From assembly GCA_032128875.1 (NCBI GenBank), contig JAVLKG010000006.1, positions 256,001 through 320,000 on the forward strand: 64,000 bases of DNA. Reading direction: 5' to 3'. The stretch comes from Candidatus Melainabacteria bacterium 17Bon1m. Lineage in GTDB: Bacteria > Cyanobacteriota > Vampirovibrionia > Obscuribacterales > Obscuribacteraceae. A model generated the notes under the pieces. The model saw only the letters and a list, made by a program, of their open reading frames with translations, searched no databases and was not told the origin of the DNA. Below, piece by piece: positions 1-9,239 of this stretch. The translations under genes were made by a program, and so were the position numbers. Each line of letters opens with the position of its first letter. Position 1 is the first letter of the stretch.

Positions 1-27
1 AGCTATTCGAGGTGCCCCGTTTTTCAA

Positions 28-987
28 ATGTCAAATGCGACAGTAAAAGCAATAGCGACAGTTTTGTTGGCGTCTTGCACAGTTGCGTTCGCTCAAACTG
101 CATCTGCTAAAGATGAGTTGAGTATCGCCGAAGCAAAACAATACATGCTTTCTTTGATAAACAGAGACCGGAAGTCTCAGGGATTGAAGGAAGTTGTTAG
201 CGATGAAATTGCAGAACGCGCGGGAAATCTTCATTCCGACGAGATGGCGAAGTTCGGCTTCTTGAGCCATTGGGACACCGCCGGGCGAAAACCTGATCAG
301 CGATATTGCGAAGCTGGTGGCACCGGTTTTGTCATGGAAAATGGTCACATTGAATTTAATGGATATGCAGATGATTCCGCAGGCGGAAGCGCCGAGTTTA
401 AAGTCGATCCGTCGGCAACAATCTCCAAGCGAGACATAGAAGATATTCAGTCCGGTTTTTTCAACGAACAACCGCCCAACGATGGGCATCGGCGCAACAT
501 ACTTGATCCGGATCACACCAAAGTCGGCATTGGACTTTCAGTGGCGAAGAAGGGTGATTCATTCAGACTTGCTTGTGCGCAGGAATTTATTCACAGCTAC
601 GGCAAGGTCGAGAGCAAGCCGCAATCCATAAAATTGGGCGAGAGTTTTACTATCACGGGAAGCTTAGATCCCGGGCTCAGACTTTCTTCTGTGGATCTCT
701 TTTGGGAAGAACTTCCGCGTCCGATGACCATCAAACAGCTTGATGAAACGCACAGTTATGGTCCACCACAAACGCGGGTCAATACTTACTTTCCAAACAC
801 CCCTGCGGCGCAAGAGCATTTGACAATAAGCGAAAGCGCTGGACGACAAGACTTCAGTTGCACTTTTGAAACGGACAAAGCTACGTGGAAACCTGGGCTT
901 TATTATGTTTATGTCTGGACAAGAACCCCAGACGCGAGCCGTGTAAAACCTCTGGTTGTGGCGTCCAAAACGATCGAAGTCCGCTAA
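28..987 (+). CDS. Secreted CAP (SCP/Tpx-1/Ag5/PR-1) domain protein
   Basis: Signal peptide; CAP motifs LINRDRKSQGL, HSDEMA..FLSH and GHRRNILDPDHTKVGIG. Confidence 0.8.
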   Translation: MSNATVKAIATVLLASCTVAFAQTASAKDELSIAEAKQYMLSLINRDRKSQGLKEVVSDEIAERAGNLHSDEMAKFGFLSHWDTAGRKPDQRYCEAGGTGFVMENGHIEFNGYADDSAGGSAEFKVDPSATISKRDIEDIQSGFFNEQPPNDGHRRNILDPDHTKVGIGLSVAKKGDSFRLACAQEFIHSYGKVESKPQSIKLGESFTITGSLDPGLRLSSVDLFWEELPRPMTIKQLDETHSYGPPQTRVNTYFPNTPAAQEHLTISESAGRQDFSCTFETDKATWKPGLYYVYVWTRTPDASRVKPLVVASKTIEVR

Positions 988-1036
988 GATAATTTCGTCG
1001 CGCCCATTGGATTTTGCTGTGTCCTTCAAGCAAAAA

Positions 1037-2353
1037 ATGATTATCGTAATTGCCTGTGTCATATGCGGCATTGCGATAGCGACAGGTGTTGTTTTTTATT
1101 TGAAACAGCATGACATCGTTTGGCAAAAGGCTTGTGAGGAAGGACTTAAAGAACGCGAACAGTGTAATTTTCAATCCGCCGAAAAACATTTGCTGGTGGC
1201 ATGCGCTAATGCGGAAAGTTTTCCACTAACTGACGTGCGGCGTTATTCGAGCAATCTTGCCCTTGCGGAGTTATATATCGCGACAGGCAGTTTCTCAAAG
1301 GCTGATACTTACTTGGAAAAGGCAAGAGTATCCGCTGAGTTGCAGAACGATGTTGAGCACAAACTGAAGGTCCTTGGACTGCGTGCAGATATGCTTTGTC
1401 GTGAAGCTCGATTCGATGATGCTCGTATTATCTACAAAGAGATGTCCGATCTGGCTCGGAAGACTCATCAGACATCATTTGAGATGGATGCTTTGCTCGG
1501 TCAGGCAAAGCTCGATCTTTTGTATTTGAGGCGAAATGAGAGCGAAGAAGCCATTGAACAAATTGACAGTCTTACCTCTGCACTGGAGGAGAAGACGGAA
1601 TATGGAGTCGTGCTGTCTATATACACCGCTCTGCTTGCTGAGTTGAAAGGTCGATACAAAACGGCTTTGATGCTGTTTGAAGATGCAAATCATGTGGTGC
1701 AAAATCGGGAAAAACCTTCTTCTTCATTGAAACTTTTACTCGGCAATAACTGCGCTACCTATTATTTGCATGCACGCAATTCAGTGCGCGCACGTAATCT
1801 TGCTGTGCGTGTTTTCGACAACTGCGATAAGGACTTCGCCTCTTATTTCGACGCACACGCATTACATGCTTTGCGAAATCTTTCAAGTATCTATCTTGAG
1901 GAAAATGAGTTGCGCCGTGCGAGGCAATTTATCGAGAAGGAAGTGGAGGCGGTAGGCATGCGCCTTTCGCACAATCATCCATATTATGGCGTCGCGTTAG
2001 AACACAGAGCTGTTCTGGAAAGTCGTGAGGGAAAAACAGATGAAGCCGCTCGCGATTTCAAAGCCGCGCAGGATATTTTTGTAAAAACGTTCGGTGAGAA
2101 AAACAGATTTAGCGCCGATACTTTGGCAGACATAGCGAAGGTGGAAATCGAGAAGAAAAACTTCGATGCGGCCTCAATTCCATGCAAGGAAGCGCTTGCG
2201 ATCTATAAGGCGATACTCCCTTATGATCACCCGTCTGCGTTGAAAGCCACTCTTTTGCTTTCCATGATCTACAAGGAACAAGGAAAACAAATAATGGCTC
2301 ACACGCTTGAGGTTGAAGCATCGCAAGGACTCAGCGCCGCCGACGGTAAATGA
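1037..2353 (+). CDS. Membrane-anchored tetratricopeptide-repeat protein (kinesin-light-chain-like TPRs)
   Basis: N-terminal hydrophobic segment then helical repeats with HPYYGVALEH and HPSALKA motifs; start could also be TTG at 1007. Confidence 0.7.
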   Translation: MIIVIACVICGIAIATGVVFYLKQHDIVWQKACEEGLKEREQCNFQSAEKHLLVACANAESFPLTDVRRYSSNLALAELYIATGSFSKADTYLEKARVSAELQNDVEHKLKVLGLRADMLCREARFDDARIIYKEMSDLARKTHQTSFEMDALLGQAKLDLLYLRRNESEEAIEQIDSLTSALEEKTEYGVVLSIYTALLAELKGRYKTALMLFEDANHVVQNREKPSSSLKLLLGNNCATYYLHARNSVRARNLAVRVFDNCDKDFASYFDAHALHALRNLSSIYLEENELRRARQFIEKEVEAVGMRLSHNHPYYGVALEHRAVLESREGKTDEAARDFKAAQDIFVKTFGEKNRFSADTLADIAKVEIEKKNFDAASIPCKEALAIYKAILPYDHPSALKATLLLSMIYKEQGKQIMAHTLEVEASQGLSAADGK

Positions 2354-2435
2354 TGTCTCTTGCGATTTCGTAGATTGCAACGTGCTTCCCGTGAGTGCGC
2401 TTGCCGTGAACACGCCCACATAGAACGCGCTAACT

Positions 2436-3224
2436 TCAGTTGGGTGAGCCACCCGGGACGTCTGTTGGTATGCCTGCTGGACCACTACCACCCGGAGCAT
2501 CTCCTGGACCACCACCCGGAAATCCGCCGGGGGCTCCACCAGGAACGCCACCAGGAACGCCACCAGGTGCGCCACCCTGTGCTCCTCCGCCCCAATTACC
2601 GCCGCCGCGTCGCCGATGTCCTCCGCCCATTTTGCCTAACTGTTCGCGCATCTGGCTTCTTTCTGATTCATCTATCTTGCCGTCGTGGTTGGCGTCAAAG
2701 CGTTGCATCATTTTCTGCCTTCGCTGCTGACGTTGTTCGTCAGTCATGCCTCCCATTCTTCCGCCCATGCTACCGGCGCCCATTCCGGCACCAGGCATTC
2801 CGGCACCAGGCATTCCAGCCTGCGCTCCTGCTCCATTCGGCCCGCCGTTAAACCCGCCGCTGCCATCCATTCCCATGCGACGACCGCCTCGACGTCCACC
2901 TGCGCCATCCATCCCCATCTCTTTCATTTTTGCTTCTCGTGCGGCTCGCATTTGAGCTCGCTCAGAGTCATCTAGGGTTCCATCATGGTTGGCGTCAAAC
3001 TTTTGAAGCATGCGTTGCTGTCTTTGTTCGCGCTTTTGTCCCATATCTTGACCACCGCCAAATCGGCGCCCACCGCGCCCGCCTACATCAGGCGCCGCTT
3101 GCGGCATCGAGCCTGCTCCGGGATCGGCACCGCCTCCAGGCGTCGTTTGGGCATTGGCAGCGGTGAAGAGCCCGGAAGACAGCAAGAATGAAGCAGCCAT
3201 CAAAAAGGTGTATTTGGTTTTCAT
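2436..3224 (-). CDS. Secreted Gly/Pro/Met-rich protein with two EF-hand loops
   Basis: Signal peptide ending ANA; loops FDANHDGTLDDSE and FDANHDGKIDESE. Confidence 0.75.
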   Translation of the reverse strand: MKTKYTFLMAASFLLSSGLFTAANAQTTPGGGADPGAGSMPQAAPDVGGRGGRRFGGGQDMGQKREQRQQRMLQKFDANHDGTLDDSERAQMRAAREAKMKEMGMDGAGGRRGGRRMGMDGSGGFNGGPNGAGAQAGMPGAGMPGAGMGAGSMGGRMGGMTDEQRQQRRQKMMQRFDANHDGKIDESERSQMREQLGKMGGGHRRRGGGNWGGGAQGGAPGGVPGGVPGGAPGGFPGGGPGDAPGGSGPAGIPTDVPGGSPN

Positions 3225-3415
3225 AAGGTACCTATGGTTTCGGCAGTCATATTGTTAAAGACGTAGCTTGCCGAAAAAAAGTTCAAAGGAAAGGGCAGCT
3301 TTTCGAGGAAATTTTTTCCATCTACTTAAAGGAATTGCCCTGACGCTGGATCCGAAAAGCAAATGCCCGACTTCGTAAAGCCGGGCATAAGAATTTCGAT
3401 TTCCAGGTTGGCAGG

Positions 3416-4012
3416 TTATCTTGAGTAGTACTCGATAACGAGGCTTTCTTGGAAGGATTGGTCGAGTTGGTCGCGCTCTGGCTTCATCAACACTTTTGCC
3501 GTCAAAGCTTTGACGTCGGTGCTGATCCACTCTGGGCAAACGCTCACCAGTCCGGCTTGCATGCCTTTGACCTTGTCTTTGCTGCTTTCCTTGACGGAAA
3601 TCACTTGACCCGGCTTGAGGCGCATCGAGGCGATAGATGCCTTATGACCATCAACCAGAATGTGCCCGTGTGAGATGAGCTGGCGAGCTTGCGGTCTGCT
3701 AGCTACCAGTCCCGAACGGAACAAAATGTTGTCGAGGCGCGATTCCAAAATTTGCAGCATAACCGTGCCGGTTACGCCTTTCTTGGAGGCTGCTTCGCTG
3801 AAATAATTGAAGAACTGCTTTTCGGAGACGTCGTACGTCCAACGAATTTTTTGCTTCTCGAGCAAGTGTGTGGCGTACTCAGAACGCTTCTTGCGGTCGC
3901 CGCCATGCTGACCCGGTGGGTTCGGCTTTCTGGCGATTGCACATTTGATGCGGCCGCATACACTGGCACCGACTGCTCGGCAACGTTTACATCTGGATCC
4001 AATGTATCTCAA
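3416..4012 (-). CDS. rpsD: 30S ribosomal protein S4 (Cys-containing, zinc-ribbon type), TTG start
   Basis: PPGQHG, LLEKQKIRWTY, LESRLDNILFRSG, ARQLISHGHILVDG, LVIEYYSR; N-terminal CKRC-x7-C-x4-C. Confidence 0.97.
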   Translation of the reverse strand: MRYIGSRCKRCRAVGASVCGRIKCAIARKPNPPGQHGGDRKKRSEYATHLLEKQKIRWTYDVSEKQFFNYFSEAASKKGVTGTVMLQILESRLDNILFRSGLVASRPQARQLISHGHILVDGHKASIASMRLKPGQVISVKESSKDKVKGMQAGLVSVCPEWISTDVKALTAKVLMKPERDQLDQSFQESLVIEYYSR

Positions 4013-4406
4013 ACTACCCTTCTCCTATCAAAAATCGTCAAAACTAAGTTGTGCTGCGAAAACCAAACAGGGCAGCCGCTCCCTCGCATACTCTCAGCTG
4101 GAGAATGCACGTTGGGCACCGCAGCGCAGCCAAATACACGCGCTTTCAGTGCTCGTATATGTTAGCAGACGGGAAAGAATACCAGTCATAGGTATATAAA
4201 CGCTTTATAGTTACTGCGCGCCTTTGTGGGTGGAGTTGGCGAGTAGCGCCTGAAAGCCTTGCCTGCACTGCCATAGCAGACGCCATTAATTTTACTTAGT
4301 TAGGACCTCTTCGCAAACAAGCGCAATCTTTCGCCGCTCCCCTGCCCCGCAAAGCGTGTTTCTCTTTGCATCCCGGCAAGGTGGCTCAGCCCAACTCTGA
4401 AAACCA

Positions 4407-7082
4407 TCACTCGCTAGCTTGCTCACGTTTTTCCGCGGTCGAAAGTTGTACCTTTTCCTGTTTTGCAGTTTTCGCAAATGGCAGAGTGACTCTAAATGTC
4501 GTGACGGTGTCTTCGCTGCTTTCGCATTCGATTGTTCCTCCATGAGCGTCGACGATTCGCTTGCACAGGTAAAGTCCGAGACCGGTGTTTGCGACAAATC
4601 GCTTGCCCGGCTGCCCGCGCCAGAATTTGTCGAAGAGCCTCTTGCGAGAATCTTCGTCTATATAGCTGCCTGTGTTGACGACTTCCAAAACCAGATCGTC
4701 GCCATCCTCTTCTTGCCTTATCTGCACGCTGCTTCCTTCGGCACCGTATTTGATGGCATTGTCGATTAAGTGAGTGAGTAACAGCCGCATAGCTTTTTCA
4801 TCTGCTGTTACTTTCTGCATAGATTCTTCAGCGGTACATCGCACTGTGATCTTCTTTTCCTCTGCGGCTTTCGCGAAGTTAGCAACAACTTCATTGACCA
4901 AATTCTTCGAATCGACATTCGAGAATTCCAAATCTTTGCCGCCGGATTCATAGCGGTAAATTTCCAGAAGGCAATCAGTTATATTTAGGAGAAACTTATT
5001 GCGGTCTTGAATTTGTCCGATGAGAGTACGGATATCGTCAGGAACCTCGCCGAGTTTTCCATCCAAGAGCATCTCGAATACGCGACTTGAGCCGAGTAGT
5101 GGCACCTGCATATCATGCGCGAGCGTGGACATGAAGTCGCGAGTCTGTTGAGCTTTTTGCTGTTGCAAGGCTAGCATCTCGGCTCGTTTTCGCTCGGAAA
5201 CACCTGTGAGAATTCCTCTGACTCTGGTGGTGAGTTCTTTTGGGTGAAACGGCTTGAAGAGGTATTCGTCTGCTCCTGATTCCCAGCCCTTAATGAGAGA
5301 TTCGCGGTTGGTGAGCGCGGTTAGAAGAACAACAGGAGTCGACTTTAAAACGGGGTCTGATTTGATTTCTTTGCAAAGTGTCAATCCGTCGATTTCGGGC
5401 ATCATAATGTCGCTGATGATCAAGTCCGGCGCGATTGCTTTCATCTTGTCCAGCGCTTCTTGCCCGTCTTTTGCTATGAGCACACGACAAAAAGATTCTA
5501 GTACTGATTCGATGTACGCAGCAAGTTCGGTGTTGTCTTCCGCAACTAGAACAGTTGGCTTGTGGTCATCTTTCGTGCGCTTAGCGCTTTCGTTTAATCC
5601 ATATTGCGGCACCATTGTTTTTCTGGCGACACTGCTGTCCTTTTGTTTGGCTCCTGCAGCGTCTTTGCCGATGAAAGTGACTGAAAACTGGCTGCCCACG
5701 CCGAGTTTGCTCTCAACGGAAACATCTCCGCCAAGCAATCTCGCGAATTCGACAACAAGTGCCAGCCCCAGACCAGCACCCTCGAATCGCCTGGTGGATG
5801 GTGCTTCCGCTTGCCTGAAACGTTGGAAAATCAGTTCGATATCGGATTCTGGAATACCAATGCCTGTGTCTTTGACAGAAACAACCCACTGATCGCCCTG
5901 AACTTTTGCCAGGCTGACTGTGACAATGCCGTTGATTTGTGTGAATTTGACAGCGTTGGAAACAAGATTGAACAATATACGTTCATACAGATAGCGATCG
6001 ATTTCGATTAAGCTCGATGTTTCCGGCAAGTTAGAGACGATCGTCAATTGCTTCTGTTTTAGCGCCGGAGTGAAGTCCGCCAGAATCGATTTAGTCAAAG
6101 TGACAACGTCTGTAGGCTCAGGACGCATCTCGATTTTTCCTGCCTCTAGTCTAGAAAAATCAAGCAGCCCCGTGATCAACTGGAGCAATCTGACCGTGTT
6201 GTTGTGCATGGTCTTGAGGTGCTCGGTTTGCTCGTCAGTGAGCGCGCCGGCGTCTCCAGCCAATATTGATTCAATTGGGGCGAGAATGAGCGTGAGCGGT
6301 GTGCGCAACTCATGCGAAACCGTAGCGACGAACTCACTCTTCATCCTTTCAGACTCAATGAGCTTCTCATTCAATTTGCTCAATTCTTCAGCGCGTTTTG
6401 CGACTTCATCTTCAATCTGTCGACGATACGCAATGCCTGAATACATGCGTCGCACCAGGTAGAAAAAACCACAAAAGACGAAGGCGCCAAGCAGCGCAAA
6501 TCCCCATGCTGTTTGTGAGAATACATTGTGAGATTCAGTTAGTTGTCCCTGAATCAATTCTTGCTGGTTGACTTCAAGGCGTTCAATCAAGGTCTGCAAA
6601 ATGGCGCCATCGCCGGATTTGTCATATTCCTGCAATTTTGCCAGGGCGCTATCTAAGCCTTTCGTACTGCGCTCATGAATCACGCTCAGCAAATGCGTTA
6701 CGCGTTTGACACTAATTTCGTTCAAGCGCAATAAATTTCTGCGCTCATACCAATCCGGCACGTCGTTATAGAGCGTTTGCAAGTGCACGGGAATGCTCGA
6801 GGCAGCCATGTTGAACTCATTGGAATAGGCTTCCTTTGGCTCAAGCAGGTATGCGCGTGTGAGCGACTCTGTTTTGACGATCTCTTCGCGTGTGGCGCGC
6901 AGTTCTTCCAAATAACTGTGTCTTTTCTGAAGAGTTTTTGCAGCATCTTCCGAGCTGGAAGAAAGAAAGAAAAATGCGCCAAACATGAAAGTGGCAAGCC
7001 CCAGCAGAATGCCGAAGCCAGTGGTCAGTTGTGTCTCCATCGACAAACTGCTCGCTATTCCGGCTTTCTTCTCAGAACTCAC
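4407..7082 (-). CDS. Hybrid sensor kinase: TM-CHASE3-like-TM, HisKA-HATPase, receiver, second HisKA-HATPase
   Basis: VSHELRTPL, NLVSNAVKFT, DTGIGI, GLGLAL; receiver DLIISDIMMP; second H-box LAHDMQVPL and GLGLYLC. Confidence 0.92.
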   Translation of the reverse strand: MSSEKKAGIASSLSMETQLTTGFGILLGLATFMFGAFFFLSSSSEDAAKTLQKRHSYLEELRATREEIVKTESLTRAYLLEPKEAYSNEFNMAASSIPVHLQTLYNDVPDWYERRNLLRLNEISVKRVTHLLSVIHERSTKGLDSALAKLQEYDKSGDGAILQTLIERLEVNQQELIQGQLTESHNVFSQTAWGFALLGAFVFCGFFYLVRRMYSGIAYRRQIEDEVAKRAEELSKLNEKLIESERMKSEFVATVSHELRTPLTLILAPIESILAGDAGALTDEQTEHLKTMHNNTVRLLQLITGLLDFSRLEAGKIEMRPEPTDVVTLTKSILADFTPALKQKQLTIVSNLPETSSLIEIDRYLYERILFNLVSNAVKFTQINGIVTVSLAKVQGDQWVVSVKDTGIGIPESDIELIFQRFRQAEAPSTRRFEGAGLGLALVVEFARLLGGDVSVESKLGVGSQFSVTFIGKDAAGAKQKDSSVARKTMVPQYGLNESAKRTKDDHKPTVLVAEDNTELAAYIESVLESFCRVLIAKDGQEALDKMKAIAPDLIISDIMMPEIDGLTLCKEIKSDPVLKSTPVVLLTALTNRESLIKGWESGADEYLFKPFHPKELTTRVRGILTGVSERKRAEMLALQQQKAQQTRDFMSTLAHDMQVPLLGSSRVFEMLLDGKLGEVPDDIRTLIGQIQDRNKFLLNITDCLLEIYRYESGGKDLEFSNVDSKNLVNEVVANFAKAAEEKKITVRCTAEESMQKVTADEKAMRLLLTHLIDNAIKYGAEGSSVQIRQEEDGDDLVLEVVNTGSYIDEDSRKRLFDKFWRGQPGKRFVANTGLGLYLCKRIVDAHGGTIECESSEDTVTTFRVTLPFAKTAKQEKVQLSTAEKREQASE

Positions 7083-7200
7083 TTCATTTACTACTAAGCA
7101 TAGGTACTAATAGCTTCGCTGTTCCCCAAATAAGTGTCTCGATAACTGAAAGAGTCTGATAGGTGCCTTCTCAGACGATAATTCCACCCTTCGGGGGATG

Positions 7201-8025
7201 CTATTGTCCGTTTGTCGCCGCAGACGCCGCATTGACCGATTTAATGATTTCGCCGTATCCTGCCCAGGAGTCCTTAATGCTATAAAGCCCGGTGCTGTAG
7301 GTCCGCGCAGATTCTTGGGTTCTTTTCTCCATAGCTTTCACGACCGGAATTTTGTCCAGCTCTTTCTTCGCTTCTTCCGATCCTTGCAGTGCGGCTTCTC
7401 TCAGCCAAATCTCTGCGTGCCTGACGTCTTTCCTTGCCCAGGTTTCGTCCATGTACAGCAAGCCCAGGCGCAGTTGCGCGTTTCTTTCGCCATGCTGGGC
7501 AGCTTTCAACAACCAATGTTCTGCTTTGTCCAAATCCTTTTCTACGTATCTGCCCTCAGCGTAGAGGTGACCCAAGTAGCTTTCCGCTTCCCGAAGTCCG
7601 TGCCCGGCAGCCTTCTCCAGCCAGTAAATAGCTACCTTTATATCTTTCTCGACGCCCAGTCCAGTTTGGTACAGCATTCCCAAAACTGTTTGAGCCTTAG
7701 GATGACCTTTTACAGCTAATACTCTGGCTCTTTCGGCTGCCAGTTTGAATCTTCGATGGACTATGTGGTGGTGAACTTCATGGAAGGCGTCCGGCTGTTC
7801 AGCCTTTAGAGATTCGTGCGTACTTTTTTTGTGTTCTGAACTCTTGCTGGGCTCAGCGTTTGCAGGAAGGCTGTGAGAAAAACAGAGGACAGCCGCGCCG
7901 GCGGTTATTAGAGCAATTGTGCGGTTAAGGCACGGCGTCGACCCTACATCAGTTAACGAGTACTCCTGGCCGAACAGTTTCGGCAGCACATTCTGATTTT
8001 TGTCGGTCTGAAGGAACATTGGCAC
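7201..8025 (-). CDS. Sel1-like repeat protein, probably exported (start uncertain)
   Basis: AQTVLGMLYQTGLGVEKDIKVAIYWLEKAA and two further Sel1 repeats. Confidence 0.85.
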   Translation of the reverse strand: MPMFLQTDKNQNVLPKLFGQEYSLTDVGSTPCLNRTIALITAGAAVLCFSHSLPANAEPSKSSEHKKSTHESLKAEQPDAFHEVHHHIVHRRFKLAAERARVLAVKGHPKAQTVLGMLYQTGLGVEKDIKVAIYWLEKAAGHGLREAESYLGHLYAEGRYVEKDLDKAEHWLLKAAQHGERNAQLRLGLLYMDETWARKDVRHAEIWLREAALQGSEEAKKELDKIPVVKAMEKRTQESARTYSTGLYSIKDSWAGYGEIIKSVNAASAATNGQ

Positions 8026-8110
8026 TTCGGGCTAAAGTTATACGTGCCAATAGTTTACAGGAACCTATAACAGAGAATCCTTGCCTTGCTCATCGTCTAA
8101 ACAACTGTAA

Positions 8111-9154
8111 TTAGAATCTTCTTGCGACCGGTTGGCTCTGTACTGCTGAAACCAGACTTCTTGCCAAACCTCGCGCCATCACTTGTCTGAAAGGAGACAC
8201 TGTGACAATGTCATAGCTCGCACCTCTCATCGTCAGTTCGTTGTCCAGTTCTTCCAATAAATTGCCGCCTTTCGAGTCATTGCCGACTTGCAGAAATGCA
8301 ATCGAAATTTGATCTGGTGCCGTCATTCTTTGACTCGCGTTGATAATCAAGTCCTTGAGCGCACGCGGGTTGTCGGGATCTCCATCCGTGACAATGGCGA
8401 CCACCAATGGCTGCGTATTTCCCATCGACTGAGCTCTGAAATAATCGTCAAGCTGATGCTTCAGAGCACCGACCAGGTTGGTGCCACCATCGGGTGAGTT
8501 CTGCTGGAACAGCGCTGGAATCATCTCGGCGCGCACGTTGTGATAGACGGAATCAGTGCCGCTGAAGAATACGAGCGAAAGACCTTGCGGCAAAACTAGC
8601 GCCGTTTGCCGAGCCAGATCGACAGTTTGATTCAAACACCAATCCCAACGACTTAAACTGCGCGGAGAAAAATTGCCGAATGTCATTGGCAGAGCACAGT
8701 CTTCAGTTTTCATCGAGCCTGACCGGTCCATGATTATCGTGACGTGTCTGCCACGCAGACGAGCCACCTCCATTGGTGCGAGCAGGCTGCCGTTGAGTGG
8801 TTGTCTTGTGTTAGGAATGTTTTGAGTAAAACTTTGAGGTGCCGGTCGGGTTCTCACTGTTTGCAGCATCCGATTGGCAAACGCTGCGGCATCGAGAACC
8901 TTTTTCACGGTCTCAGGCTCTGCGAATTCATTAGCCCAGCCGCTAGGTGCTACTGAAGCCGCTGGGGTCGCTTGGGTCGACGGAAGTCTGAAGCTGCTCA
9001 CGCTGTTGGGCCCCACCCCCAGATCGCGATTGTCCGAAACTGGTGCGACTGGCTCATCGAACTGAGACCGCTGAATTCTGAACGTGCCTTGAGCAAGCGC
9101 AGAATTTGCCGTGAGCAACAGGAATGCCATTGCTGCAAGGGCATTTAGTCTCAT
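8111..9154 (-). CDS. Secreted von Willebrand factor A domain protein
   Basis: Signal peptide; MIDAS elements DRSGSM, GGTNL and IVTDG. Confidence 0.85.
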   Translation of the reverse strand: MRLNALAAMAFLLLTANSALAQGTFRIQRSQFDEPVAPVSDNRDLGVGPNSVSSFRLPSTQATPAASVAPSGWANEFAEPETVKKVLDAAAFANRMLQTVRTRPAPQSFTQNIPNTRQPLNGSLLAPMEVARLRGRHVTIIMDRSGSMKTEDCALPMTFGNFSPRSLSRWDWCLNQTVDLARQTALVLPQGLSLVFFSGTDSVYHNVRAEMIPALFQQNSPDGGTNLVGALKHQLDDYFRAQSMGNTQPLVVAIVTDGDPDNPRALKDLIINASQRMTAPDQISIAFLQVGNDSKGGNLLEELDNELTMRGASYDIVTVSPFRQVMARGLARSLVSAVQSQPVARRF

Positions 9155-9239
9155 TGCCGAATCTCCCGAGGGGCGACTTTACAGGCGAGCTTTCGCCGCA
9201 TAAAAGTATTGGACGCCCGAGGAGTTTTTATGTTCCGCT

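Noticed and set aside
2174-3191. Several Pro-rich or Arg-rich overlapping ORFs
   Set aside because: Shadow frames of the GC-rich, low-complexity EF-hand gene 2436-3224
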